Position numbers and translations under genes: made by a program | Part shown: piece by piece, positions 26,057 through 39,674 of the stretch | Position numbering within the stretch: the first letter of the stretch is position 1 | Layout of the letters: every line of letters starts with the position of its first letter | Notes under the pieces: generated by a model | Databases searched by the model: none | What the model saw: the letters and a program-made list of their open reading frames with translations, nothing else | What the model was told of the DNA's origin: nothing | Source: Octopus vulgaris | Taxonomy: Eukaryota | NCBI GenBank assembly: GCA_951406725.2 | Contig: OX597843.1 | Span: 19,344,001 to 19,408,000, forward strand | Reading direction: 5' to 3' | Length of the DNA: 64,000 bases

Positions 26057-26556
26057 GTATGAGATGGCTTGAGCATGTTAGCTGTATGAAAGATGGCAGA
26101 ATCCCCAAGGACATACTCTACGGAGAGCTTGCTAGGGGTACTAGGTCTGTGGGTAGACCATTCTTCCGTTACAAGGATGTTTGCAAAAGGGACATGAAGG
26201 CCTGCAACATCAATATTAGCGGTTGGGAGGCAGTTGCCGGCAACCGTGGAAAATGGCGACGTACAGTAAAAGAGGGAATACAAAGGAGTGACAGAGAGAG
26301 AGAGGAGAAATGGAAAGAAAGGAAGAGACGTAAACAAGAGACTATGGCACTACAACCAGCCAGGAACAGTCTTCGCTACATTTGCGGTACCTGCCGGAGG
26401 GAGTGTTTGTCCAGGATAGGACTACACAGCCACAGCAGGAGATGTATCAGGACATGAAATGTAAAAGCCGAACTAGACTACACAAAAAAAACAAAAAAAC
26501 AAAACATGCGCAACTCCATTGTCTCCCAAGACAGAAAGGATGCCAATACAATATAT
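26057..26556 (+). mobile_element. RTE-BovB-like LINE 3' fragment with 11-bp TSD
   Basis: RWLEHV..GRIPKDILYGEL..RYKDVCKRDMK plus C-terminal CxxC..SRIGLHSH zinc finger; TSD atatattccac at 26046-26056 and 26557-26567. Confidence 0.88.
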
Positions 26557-26774
26557 ATATATTCCACTGCTGAGGCAAAGCATTTCTTATGCAGTCAGAA
26601 ATCCGGGGTTTGGAATTATCCCGTAACTTTTTTGCTAGTTTATTTTTGTCTTCTCTCCTGGTACTGTATGAACTTTTAATGTGGTTTTAAAATCAAGTTT
26701 TGGCTGCTATTTCAAGCGTGGTTTTATCTCTTAGATACCCTAAATTATAATTTTAATAATATATATAATATATA

Positions 26775-27170
26775 GGCGCAGGAGTGGCTGTGTGGTAAGT
26801 AGCTTGCTAACCAACCACATGGTTCCGGGTTCAGTCCCACTGCGTGGCACCTTGGGTAAGTGTCTTCTGCTATAGCCCTGGGCCGACCAATGCCTTGTGA
26901 GTGGATTTGGTAGACGGAAACTGAAAGAAGCCTGTCGTATATATATATATATGCGTGTGTGTTTGTGTGTCTGTGTTTGTCCTCCTAGCATTGCTTGACA
27001 ACCGATTTTGGTGTGTTTACGTCCCCGTCACTTAGCGGTTCGGCAAAAGAGACCGATAGAATAAGTACTGGGCTTACAAAGAATAAGTCCCGGGGTCGAT
27101 TTGCTCGACTAAAGGCGGTGCTCCAGCATGGCCGCAGTCAAATGACTGAAACAATTAAAAGAAAAAAAGA
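26775..27170 (+). mobile_element. SINE family A copy (left arm of an inverted pair)
   Basis: Near-identical to 208-615. Confidence 0.9.
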
Positions 27171-27179
27171 AAGAATATA

Positions 27180-27582
27180 CTCTTTTACTCTTTTACTTGT
27201 TTCAGTCATTTGACTGCGGCCATGCTGGAGCACCACCTTTAGTCGAGCAAATCGACCCCGGGACTTTATCTTTGTAAGCCCAGTACTTATTCTATCGGTC
27301 TCTTTTGCTGAACCGCTAAGTGACGGGGACGTAAACACGCCAGCATCGGTTGTCAAGTGATGTTGCGGGGACAAACACAGACACACAAACATATACACAC
27401 ACATACATATACATATATATACGACGGGCTTCTTTCAGTTTCCGTCTACCAAATCCACTCACAAGGCATTGGTCGGCCCGAAGCTATAGTAGAAGACACT
27501 TGCCCGAGGTGCCACGCAGTGGGACTGAACCCGGAACCATGTGATTGGTTAGCAAGCTACTTACCACACAGCCACTCCTGCG

Positions 27583-27584
<2 letters not shown>
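27180..27584 (-). mobile_element. SINE family A copy (right arm of an inverted pair)
   Basis: Reverse complement of family A, tail-to-tail with the preceding copy. Confidence 0.9.
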
Positions 27585-28256
<672 letters not shown>

Positions 28257-28495
28257 GAGCTGACTTTGATTATAAAAGATTATAGAGTATAACTACCCAA
28301 TTGTGACTCCCCCCCCACACACACACTTCACATACTGTATATTATGGTTGTATCAAACTTTGATGTTGAAAATTAAAATTGAAGAATTTTTTTAATTTTT
28401 AAAAATTCCCCTGAAAATGTGGTTTTGCATCGTACATCCTCGGCTAGAAAAGAAACTCAATATTCTGGAAAAATTGTGTCAGTCTGTATGTATGG

Positions 28496-29391
28496 GTGGA
28501 GGCGCAATGGCCCAGTGGTTAGGGCAGCGGATTCGCGGTCGTAGGATCGCGGTTTCGATTCCCAGACCGGGCGTTGTGAGTATTTATTGAGCGAAAACAC
28601 CTAAAGCCCCACGAGGCTCCGGCAGGGATGGTGGTGATCCCTGCTGTACTCTTTCACCACAACTTTCTCTCACTCTTACTTCCTGTTTCTGTTGTACCTG
28701 TATTTCAAGGGGCCGGCCTTGTCACTCTCTGTGTCACGCTGAATATCCCCGAGAACTACGTTAAGGGTACACGTGTCTGTGGAGTGCTCAGCCACTTACA
28801 CGTTAATTTCACGATCAGGCTGTTCCGTTGATCGGATCAACCGGAACCCTCGTCGTCGGAACCAACGGAGTGCTCCTGCAGGGATGGTGGTGATCCCTGC
28901 TGTACTCTTTCACCACAACTTTCTCTCACTCTTACTTCCTGTTTCTGTTGTACTTGTATTTCAAAGGGCCGGCCTTGTCACTCTCTGTGTCACGCTGAAT
29001 ATCCCCGAGAACTACGTTAAGGGTACACGTGTCTGTGGAGTGCTCAGCCACTTACACGTTAATTTCACGATCAGGCTGTTCGGTTGATCGGATCAACCGG
29101 AACCCTCGTCGTCAGAACCAACGGAGTGCTCCTGCAGGGGATGGTGGTGATCCCTGCTGTACTCTTTCACCACAACTTTCTCTCACTCTTACTTCCTGTT
29201 TCTGTTGTACCTGTATTTCAAAGGGCCGGCCTTGTCACTCTCTGTGTCACGCTGAATATCCCCGAGAACTACGTTAAGGGTACACGTGTCTGTGGAGTGC
29301 TCAGCCACTTACACGTTAATTTCACGATCAGGCTGTTCCGTTGATCGGATCAACCGGAACCCTCGTCGTCGGAACCAACGGAGTGCTTCCA
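28496..29391 (+). mobile_element. tRNA-derived SINE (family E): one head plus three tandem 256-bp bodies
   Basis: Head 28496-28622 (tggcccagtgg, gtttcgattcc); bodies start at 28623, 28879 and 29135. Related body at ~10220-10340 (-). Confidence 0.85.
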
Positions 29392-29592
29392 TGTATGTAT
29401 GGTCCACAGCCACCAATGTTGTTTTGCTTTTTGATGTTTTCACCTTAAATTCCAACAAAACTAAGATAGACCATTCAAAAGGTATTCCTAATGCCAACCA
29501 CGCCACGAGTGTAGTGGGTGCTTTTTACGTGCCACCTGCACAGGTGCCAGGGGAGTCTGGCATCAACCACGATCGGTTGGTGCTTTTAACGT

Positions 29593-29950
29593 GATGACAA
29601 AATGTCTGTGTGTGTGTGTGTAACCTTTATACAAATCGACAATTTTTCAGTTAGAGGGCTCGCACTTTCTATGGTCATTCAAAACCGCCCAAGGGTGGTC
29701 GTACACATCTTTACATTTCCCCAGTCACCCCACAAAGCTATTAAAAAATCAATAGAAGTGACTTTTTTGTGGAATTTTCTATCCAAAACCCTATCAAAAT
29801 GCCCGAAACTTGATACGCCAATTGAATGCCAGCTAGCTGTATGTGATTGGTCGGAGATTTGGACAGTACTCGTGTGTATGTGCGCATGCACGCAGCTGTA
29901 TATGCATGCACTAGCACTATGACTCGGCAACACCGGGTCATAGTGCTAGT
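29593..29950 (+). mobile_element. Helitron-like element ending in a hairpin and CTAGT (copy 1)
   Basis: Terminal palindrome actagcactatgactcgg-caaca-ccgggtcatagtgctagt. Confidence 0.6.
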
Positions 29951-30383
29951 ATATTTGTAGAAAATTTCATTGGAAAATGCCCAGATTATTTGAAGCTATG
30001 ACAAGAGAAAGACATTGGATGGTTGTTTAGCATTTATTAAGAAATGGAAATAATGAACACATACTCTTTGTGTGTGTGTGTACTTATACACACACACACA
30101 CACACACGCACACACAATGATGAGTTAGCTGGCCAAAACTTTGAAGTCACTGTCAACAACATTCTTTTGAAAGAATTTTATATATATATATATATAGGGG
30201 CAGGAGTGGCTGTGTGGTAAGTAGCTTGTTTACCAACCACATGGTTCCGGGTTCAGTCCCACTGCAAGGCACCTTGTATAACTACACAATTGTGACTGGG
30301 CAAGTGTCTTCTGCTATAGCCTCGGGCCGACCAAAGCCTTGTGAGTGGATTTGGTAGATGGAAACTGAAAGAAGCCCATCGTA

Positions 30384-30429
<46 letters not shown>

Positions 30430-30761
30430 CGTGTATGTTTCTGTGTCTGTGTTTGTCCCAGTCAACATCGCTTGACAACTGATGCTGGTGTGTTTATGTC
30501 CCCGTCACTTAGCGGTTCAGCAAAAGAGACCGATAGAATAAGTACTGAGTTTACAAAGAATAAGTCCCGAGCTTACAAAGAATAAGTCCCGGGGTCGAGT
30601 TGCTCGATTAAAGACGGTGCTCCAGCATGGCCGCAGTCAAATGACTGAATCAAGTAAAAGAGTAAAGGGAGTATATATACTGAAGGTCCATGGCTCAGTG
30701 GTTAGAATGTGGGCTCACAATCATGAGGTGATAAGTTCAATTCCTAGACTTGGCGGTGCAT

Positions 30762-30796
<35 letters not shown>

Positions 30797-31037
30797 CATC
30801 ATCATCATCATCATTTAACGTCCGTTTTCCGCGCTAGCACGGGTTGGACGGTTCGACCAGGGTCTGGGAAGCCAGGGGCTGCACCAGGCTCCAGTCTGAT
30901 CTGGCAGTGTTTCTACAGCTTGATGCCCTTCCTAACGACAACCACTCCGATAGTGTAGAGGGTGCTTTTTACGTGCCACAGACACAGGTGCCAGGGGAGT
31001 CTGGCATCGAACACGATCGGTTGGTGCTTTTAACATG

Positions 31038-31402
31038 ATGACAAAATGTCTGTGTGTGTGTGTGTGTGTGTGTATCCTTTATACAAATCCACAATTTTTC
31101 AGTTAGAAGGCTCACACTTTCTATGGTCATTCAAAACCGTCCAAGGGTGGTCGTGCACATCTTTACATTTCCCCAGTCACCCCACAAAGCTATTAAAAAA
31201 TCAATAGAAGTGACTTTTTTGTGGAATTTTCTATCCAAAACCCTATCAAAATGCCCGAAACTTGATACGCCAATTGAATGCCAGCTAGCTGTATGTGATT
31301 GGTCAGAGATTTGGACGGTACTCGTGTGTATGTGCGCACACACGCAGCTGTATATGCATGCACTAGCACTATGACTCGGCAACACCGGGTCATAGTGCTA
31401 GT
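31038..31402 (+). mobile_element. Helitron-like element (copy 2)
   Basis: Near-identical to 29593-29950, offset ~1452 bp. Confidence 0.6.
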
Positions 31403-31499
31403 ATATATATATATACATGTCTTTTTCATATTTTTAATTACCTCAAAGTTAAAAACTAACTAATATAATTATCTATGTAGGCCATCCCTCAGGATGCTC

Positions 31500-34260
31500 G
31501 TCAGTAGGGGTTTTGGTTGTACATACTAAAGGAGTTCATCTAACGAGGAATATTAGGGTCGCATCCATTGTCTTGTATTCAAGGTCCTCTGCATGACATC
31601 CTGTTTTGTTGAAGGGTCTTCTCTAGATACCTCCAAACATTTTCGGCCACTTTCATTTCCTCCATGGGCCTCAACATCCTCAAATCATTCCTCACTACCT
31701 CATCCCATGTCTTCCTCGTGGGTCTCCCTCTTCCACAGGTACCATCCACTTTCAGTGACAGCTACTTCTCTATTTAGCTCTCTTCACTCGTACGCATCAC
31801 ATGTCCAAACCAACGCATCCTTCGCTCCTGTCTACTGCATTTAATCCTTCTTATGCCTAACTTTTCTCTCAACACAGTCATGCTTTGTCAGCCATGCACA
31901 CTTGTGCTGCAAATCCAACGGAACATTCTACCTTCATCCCTCTCCAGCCTCCACGTGTCCTTTGCAGCCTATCTGACACAGGCATCATATAGTCTCCCTT
32001 TCACTCTGAGACAGAATCCTTTTGCTGCCAACAGTGGTTATAGTTCTTTGAAACTCTTCCGCCCTATTCTTATTCTAGAAGCAATACTTTCAGAGCATCC
32101 ACCACCATTACTAATTTGGTCACCTAAATAGCAGAAACTATCCCCTACCTCGAAAAAGCCTCCTGGACATTTGAGAGGTTTTAAGTCCCTCGAGTTCATA
32201 CTACTTACTGTTCTTGTGCACCTGCAACACACACAAAGCAACCTTATCTGACAACTTTGCTATAATTCCACTGCATTTATTCTGCATCCATAGCACACAC
32301 ATGGTGCAGCAAATGGAATTATATCCTACACCTTTCCTACATGTTGAACAGGGCCATTTATCAGCTGGAATGAGAGTCTTATCTCCTTTCATCCTAACAG
32401 CTTTAATCTTAGCTAAGTTAACTTTAAGGTCCTTTGATTCCAGCTTTTGCTTCCAAACCCGGAACGTCTCCAATTCTGCTTCAGATTCTGCAATACGAAC
32501 AAGATCTTCAGCATATAGTAGTTCCCATTGGTATCCAGTTTTGAATTCCTCTGTTATGGCCTGCAGAACTATGATGAATAAGAGTGATCCCTGATCCCTA
32601 GTGGACTCCAACTTGTATGTTGAATTCATCATTGTATTCTAGGCTAACCCTCACCTTACTGACTACTTTGCTGTACATGGTTTGAACCTCTCTAACAAGC
32701 CACTTCTCTACTCCTAGCTTCCTTAGAGACCACCAAATAAGATAGCAGGGAACCCTGTTGAAAGCTTTTTCCAGGTCGACAAAGGCTAAGCAGAATGGCT
32801 TAATTTTGGCCACATGCTTTTCTTGCAACTGTCTCACTATGAAGATGGCATTTGTAGGCATCCCTCTTCCCAGCTACAAAACCAAACTGCATCTCATCGA
32901 GTTCAATTCTATCCCAACCTGCTCCAGCAGTTTGATACTTCTGTAGTGGTTTCTATCTAAGGCATCACCTTTACCCTTGTAGCAGCTGACTATAACACTG
33001 CTACACCAGTCTCTGCCGATGATGCCTTCCTCAATAACCTGATTAATTATGCAAATGACTAGGCTGTATCTCTCACCCCCTCATATTTTAATCATCTCAG
33101 CAGCAGTTTTTCCCAATGGTCCAGGACCTTTCCCAGTTTTCACTTTCTTAATTGCCTTATCTATTCTACTACTCTCAACTCTGATGGTTGCTCCCTCTGT
33201 TGGTTCCATATTTGAAAGACTCTTCTTCTCCCAACTGTTCTCCACATTTAACAACTTTCCATTATGGCATCTCCACACATCTTTCTTCTCTGAGTCTCTA
33301 AGTGCAAGCATACCATCATCCATTCGCACACTTTTACCACCCACCACATCTCTATTCTCTTTGATACACTGATTTCCAATCCTGAAACACCTTACAACCT
33401 CTCATCCTCACACTGTAGAACATTTGCAATTCTCTTGCGTTCTGCTTTTCCTTTTGCTATGTAAACCTGTCCCCTGCATCCCTTCTGGCTCCCTCATATA
33501 ATTCTCTGCTATTCCTTTTGCTATGTAAACCTGTCCCCTGCCTCCCTTCTGGCTCCCTCATATAATTCTCTGCTATTCCTTTTGCTATGTAAACCTGTCC
33601 CCTGCCTCCCTTTTGGCTCCCACATATAATTCTCTGCTATTCCTTTTGCTATGTAAACCTGTCCCCTGCATCCCTTCTGGCTCCCTCATATAATTCTCTG
33701 CTATTCCTTTTGCTATGTAAACCTGTCCCCTGCCTCCCTTCTGGCTCCCACATATAATTCTCTGCTATTCCTTTTGCTATGTAAACCTGTCCCCTGCATC
33801 CCTTCTGGCTCCCTCATATAATTCTCTGCTATTCCTTTTGCTATGTAAACCTGTCCCCTGCCTCCCTTCTGGCTCCCTCATATAATTCTCTGCTATTCCT
33901 TTTGCTATGTAAACCTGTCCCCTGCATCCCTTCTGGCTCCCTCATATAATTCTCTGCTATTCCTTTTGCTATGTAAACCTGTCCCCTGCATCCCTTCTGG
34001 CTCCCTCATATCATTCTCTGCTTTTCCTTTTGCTATGTAAACCTGTCCCCTGCCTCCCTTCTGGCTCCCTCATATAATTCTCTGCTTCCACCATTTTCCC
34101 AGTCTTTCTGTCTCTTTGCTTTTATAGAGCTGTCCACCTCCTTGTTTCACCACCAAGTCACCAATTGGCCTGGCTGGGACTTTGCACCAGCCACAGATTT
34201 GGTCAGCAGCACCCAGTAAATTGTCCAGCACGAACTTCCAGTTGTCTCTTCCTCCTCCTC
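31500..34260 (-). mobile_element. Older RTE LINE copy with frameshifts and an internal 64-bp tandem array
   Basis: Fragments with AIFIVRQLQEK, FVDLEKAF, YAED and FCYLGD; homologous to 16650-18960. Confidence 0.88.
33440..34086. repeat. 64-bp tandem repeat x~10 inside an RTE LINE
   Basis: Unit ttccttttgctatgtaaacctgtcccctgc(a/c)tcccttctggctccctcatataattctctgcta. Confidence 0.95.
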
Positions 34261-34369
34261 CCATCAGAGACTTCTTATATTTGTATATATATATATTGTG
34301 CCGAGGAATATGACATATTTCATATGACCAATGAAGGTACTCCCCTCCTTACACTAAGCTCATAAATAC

Positions 34370-34700
34370 TTCTACCTCCCAGAGTTGCTCTACCCCCCAG
34401 GGTTGCTCTACCCCCCAGGGTTGCTCTACCCCCCAGGGTTGCTCTACCCCCCAGGGTTGCTCTACCTCCCAGGGTTGCTCTACCCCCCAGGGTTGCTCTA
34501 CCTCCCAGGGTTGCTCTACCCCTCAGGGTTGCTCTACCCCCCAGGGTTGCTCTACCTCCCAGGGTTGCTCTACCTCCCAGGGTTGCTCTACCCCCCAGGG
34601 TTGCTCTACCTCCCAGGGTTGCTCTACCTCCCAGGGTTGCTCTACCCCCCAGGGTTGCTCTACCCCCCAGGGTTGCTCTACCTCCCAGGGTTGCTCTACC
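34370..34700. repeat. 18-bp minisatellite x~18
   Basis: Unit ctctacc(c/t)cccagggttg. Confidence 0.95.
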
Positions 34701-36934
34701 ATCAGTGTAAGATATTGTCCTAAAAAATATCTTACATTGCCTGGAATTTGGGGGAAGTGGGCAAGTCAATTACATCGACCCCCAGTGCTAAACTGGTACT
34801 TAATTTATTGACCCAGAAAGGATGAAGAGCAAATTTGACCCAAGCGGAAATTGAACTCAGACCACAGCAGCAGATGAAATATCACTAAGCACTTTACCCG
34901 ACATGCTAGCGATTCTGGCAGCTGACCACCTCAAAAATAATAATAATAATAATAATAATTAGGATAATGAATGATTTGCCAAACGTTTGACTTATCCTCG
35001 TTAAATCTGTTGTGATGACGGATGAACTGAGAAAATGTTCAAAGACATTACAAAGAATTATTTAATCCGAAATAGATTTCCCAAGCCACAGCTGCTGAAG
35101 TTGTTGCTATAGCAACAGCAGAGGCCGTAGTCATAGCAATTGCTGTACACCATGCTGGGAACATCTTCAGTGGAATTGGTGGCCGTTCTCGTCATTCTAT
35201 TTGACAGCAGCTGCAATAAAAAAAAAGAGACGGAAAAATGTGCTGAGGATATAAATAAGCATGACTGGGCAGCTAAGCAGCTTACTTGGCAGCCATGGGC
35301 TTATGGGTTCAGTTCCAGTGAGTGGCATGTTGGGAAAGTGCCTTCTGCTATAGCCTAGGATGTACGCACACACATACATATGGCGCAGGAGTGGCTGTGT
35401 GGTAAGTAGCTTGCTAACCAACCACATGGTTCCGGGTTCAGTCCCACTGTGTGGCATCTTGGGCAGGTGTCTTCTGCTATAGCCCCGGGCCGACCAAAGC
35501 CTTCTGAGTGGATTTGGTAGAGGGAAACTGAAAGAAGCCTGTCGTATATATGTATATATATGTATGCGTGTGTGTGTTTGTGTGTTTGTCCCCCTAGCAT
35601 TGCTTGACAACCGATGCTGGTGTGTTTACGTCCCCGTCACTTAGCGGTTCGGCTAAAAGACACCGATAGAATAAGTACTGGGCTTACAAAGATAAAGTCC
35701 CGGGGTCGATTTGCTCGACTAAAGGCGGTGCCCCAGCATGGCCGCAGTCAAATGACTGAAACAAGTAAAAGAGTAAAAGAGTATATATCTATGTATGTAT
35801 ATGCACCAGAGTTTTTATGCATAATTCAGAGATGCTACAATTTTATACCTCGCAACTTTGGGAATCACAGCCCAGTCACTCATCAACAAAATTTTCACCT
35901 GCAAAAAGGTGTGCGACACAGTTTATTTATATACATATATACATATGCGTCTTTGAGTCTGTTAGTTCCACCACCACCACCACTTAACAACCAGTGATGG
36001 TTTGTTTAGATCCCTGTAACTTAACAGTTCAGCTGTGAGACCGGTAGCATAAGCCCCAGGCTTGAAAATAAGTGCTGTGGGTCGATACATTCGATTAATG
36101 ATTCATCAAGGCATTGCCCCAGCATGGCCACAGTCTGATGACTGAAACAGGCAAAAGATAAAAAATGAGGCTGACCGAATCCTGAGAATTCCAGGTAAAA
36201 TGTTTGGTGGTATTTCATCTGGATTTTACGTTCAGAGTTCAAATTCCGTCCTGGTCAACTTTACCTTTCATCCTTTAGGGATCAATAAAATAAATACCAG
36301 CTGTGTACTGGGGTCATTGTATTTGACTTTGCCCCTCCCCAGCACTTGCTGGTCTTGTGCCAAAATTTGAAACCAATATATATATATATATAAATATATA
36401 TATATGTGGTAAGAAGCTTGCTTTCCAACCACATGGTTCCAGGTTCAGTCCCACTACGTGGCACCTTGGGCAAGTGTCTTCTACTTTAGCCTTAGGTCGA
36501 CCAAAGCCTTGTCAGTGGATTTGATTGACAGAATCTTGAAGAAGCTTGTCAAGCGTATAAATGTGTGTGTGTGTGTATTTCTCTCCCATCACCACTTGAC
36601 AACTGGTGTTGGTGTGTTTACATCCCTGTAACTTAGCAGCTCAACAAGAGAGACCAATTGAGTATGTGCCAGGCTTAGCAAAAAAAATTAAGTACTGGAG
36701 TCAGTTCATTTGACTGAAAATTCCTCAAGGCCATGCTGCAGCATGGCCGCTAGTGAAAGTTACAAGATGCAAGATACATGCATGTATATGCATATACGTT
36801 TCCGTTGAATTAATTACTGAAATCGGGGCACCTCGTTAGGTCGGAATAATATACACACACAACAATCATCATCATCGTTTAACGTCCGTTCTCCATGCTA
36901 GCAGACATTAAACGATGATGATGATGATGATGTA

Positions 36935-37300
36935 AATATCAAAGTTGGTGTTTTGTAGACAATTAGACCCAACTACGGGACGACTGCCAACATCTGTGTG
37001 GACACGTGGGAGGAAACAGCTGCTGACCCCTCTGCCTGGCGTCGGACAGTGAGGAAAGGCGTTTCCATGGCTGAGGAAAGGAGAGCACAGCTGTGGTCGG
37101 ACAGGCGGGACAGGAGGAGGACAACTGCAGCAACACCCCACACGTACCCATCGATGTTCGTGTGCAGCAACTGTACCAGGGACTGCCACTCTAGAATTGG
37201 ACTGTTCAGTCACAGCAGACGCTGCTCATCATCAAAGTAGGCCCCACCCTTGGCGCGACCCATTGTCTATCAAGACAGACGGGAAAGAGAGTGAGAGACC
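36935..37300 (+). mobile_element. RTE-BovB-like LINE 3' fragment
   Basis: WEETAADPSAWRR..CSNCTRDCHSRIGLFSHSRRC; 3' cattgtctatcaagacaga stem resembles the 26057 copy. Confidence 0.8.
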
Positions 37301-37391
37301 CAACTGATTGAAGAAATCTGCTCTTGGGCCATTCAGACAGGTACATTATGGTAAATACATGGTCCGTAATATTTATGATGGGCAGATCCTG

Positions 37392-38352
37392 CAACAGGTG
37401 AATGCTAAATTTTTTATATATTCAGGCTGGGATTGGTCAGTTGTTTTTAATCTTGCATTTTTAAACATTGTTTGTTTTTGATTTTGTTGACTACACATTT
37501 TGGTAGGGTCAGGTACCATCTGTGACAAAAACAGCACCATACTGCTTGGCATTCATGCCAGAAGCTCCAGTATGGACGTTTCAGTGTTTGGGTGTTAGTT
37601 AGTTAATTTGGCTCAAAAGCAAATAGCAAGGCCATGTAGGGGGACATAAGTACAGGGTGGTGTTCATGTAAAGAGTTCAGGCCAGTTGAGGTCGAGGGAG
37701 GCTTTGAACAAAGCGGTCGTCGGCATCTTCACCATCTCGTCTGGCAGCTTGTTCCACGGATCAGCAACAGGTGTAATGAGAATGGTAAGAATCAAGCATC
37801 CAGTTAGCGTCGTGGTGTTTAGAGTGATCATTAGTGATGACAACATTGTGCTTCTGTTCATCTTCCCACCCAGCCTCACACTCAACACGGAGGCCTACAT
37901 CAAGTGCTTGGAGGAGGTAGTGCTGCTCTGAGTCAAGACGGTGGCTGCTGGAAGACCCTATGTCAGGCAACAGGACTCTGCACCCTGCCACACAAGCAGG
38001 AGAACCTAGTCATGGCTGTCAGGCAATTTCTGTGACCACATCACCCCTAACATCTGGCCACCTAACTCCCCAGACTGCAACCCCCCCTTTATTATGTGTG
38101 TGTGTGTGGGGGGGGGCAGTTGAGTGAGAGACCAACAAAATTCCTTGTGACTCCAAAGATGAACTAAAGGCAAGGATTATTACAGCATTCACCAACTTGA
38201 ATAAGGAGATCGTCCAAAAGAATTGCAGGAGATTCCAAAGTCATCTGGTGGCCGTGGTCGAAGCCAAAGGCGATTTTATTGAATAAATTTACTCTTTAGT
38301 ATTTAAAACAATTATGTAATTTAGACGACAATATATTCACCGCACCCTGTAT
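37392..38352 (+). mobile_element. Second copy of the same Tc1/mariner remnant
   Basis: caggactctgcacc (QDSAP), tggccacctaactccccagactgcaaccc (WPPNSPDCNP); end attcaccgcaccctgta. Confidence 0.8.
37595..37772 (-). mobile_element. CR1-like 3' end inserted in a Tc1/mariner remnant
   Basis: PWNKLPDEMV..FKASLD; (CTAA)n tail. Confidence 0.7.
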
Positions 38353-39423
38353 ATACATACATACATATAATATAGCAAAAAAACACAACAAATGAAGATT
38401 TTACAAAACCATAATAAACAGAAAATTTGTCGCTAATTCTTCATCAGTCAACATCCAAAAGATCTTTACAATGTTGTGCCTTTAATGTTGATCATCATCA
38501 TCATCGTTCAATGTCCGTTCTCCATGCTAGCATGGACGGTTCGACCGGGGATCAGGGAAGCCAGAAGGCTGCATCAGGCTCCAGTCTGATCTGGCAGTGT
38601 TTCTACAGCTGGATGCCCTTCCTAACGCCAACCACTCCGAGAGTGTAGTGGGTGCTTTTTACATGCCACCTGCACAGGTGCCAGGCGAGGCTGGCATCGG
38701 CCACGGTCGGATTGGTGCATTTTACGTGCCACTGGCACAGATGCCAGTCGGGGCGGCACTGGCATCGGCCACAATTCAGATGGTGCTTTTTACATGCCAC
38801 CAGCACAGAAGCCAGTTGGGGCGACGCTGGCATCGGCCACGATTCGGATAGCGCTTTTTATGTACTACCGGCACGGAAGCCAGTCTAGGCGGCGCTGGCA
38901 TCGGCCACCTTCAGATGGTGCTTTTTACGTGCCACCGGCACAGGGATCGCAACTGCAGTTTCCATTGATTTTGATGTCGGTGTACTTGACTCAATGGATC
39001 TCCTCAAGCAAAGGGTCGAAATGGTGTTTCTTCACTTGCCACCTGCACAGGAGTCAGTTGATGATGTTAAGTTTTGGTGGCGCCAACGGTGAAAAGCTAC
39101 TGGAGACAGCTAATAAGTGTACAGGACAATGACAGAAACAAAGGCAACAAAATAAAGCCGTGGAATCTGGAGACAGACAGATCTGGAGCTACACAAAAGG
39201 AGAATGGAAATGTCCTGTGGGACTGGAGACGAGAGGAGGACAGAAATTGGGATAAAAAGAAAGAATTAAAGTATTACGGAGAGAAAGAGAGTGGGACGAA
39301 GGCAAAAGAGAAGGAATCAGAAATGGACGTCGCACAAACAATATTCCAAGAATATTTTACGAATGAGTGCATTTGCGTGTCTATATATGTACATAAGTGT
39401 TTCTATAATTTCTTGTATTGCAG

Positions 39424-39607
39424 ATGTCACATATATACCTCACCTCCAAACACATAGCAGCCCCTCCACGGTCTTTGTGGTCTCTCCTTAAGGATTGGGC
39501 CCTGCTACGTAACAGCAATGTACCAAAAGGGTTTGAGAAATATTTCCCTGGTGCCAAGAAGACCCCAGAACCCAAAGGAACTTCAGCGAGTGGTTCCAAA
39601 CCGAAAG
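39424..39607 (+). CDS. AFG3L2: AFG3L2-like exon 2
   Basis: ttgcag acceptor, gtaagg donor; contains VPKGFEKYFP, the conserved AFG3L2 PPKGFEKYFP motif. Confidence 0.85.
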
Positions 39608-39674
39608 GTAAGGGGTTTAAAAAATTTTTTTTTTGACTTTTGTTTTGTATGGAAGAGGAGGAGGTGTCCTCTTT

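Noticed and set aside
28496-28575. tRNA gene candidates (also 13036, 19835, 208)
   Set aside because: A/B-box heads run into SINE bodies, with no complete cloverleaf or acceptor stem evident.
34320-34769. ORF with (GGRATL)n
   Set aside because: Reading of an 18-bp minisatellite; no splice or start support.
35005-35035. C/D-box-like TGTGATGA...CTGA
   Set aside because: The boxes are only 8 nt apart with no terminal stem; likely chance.
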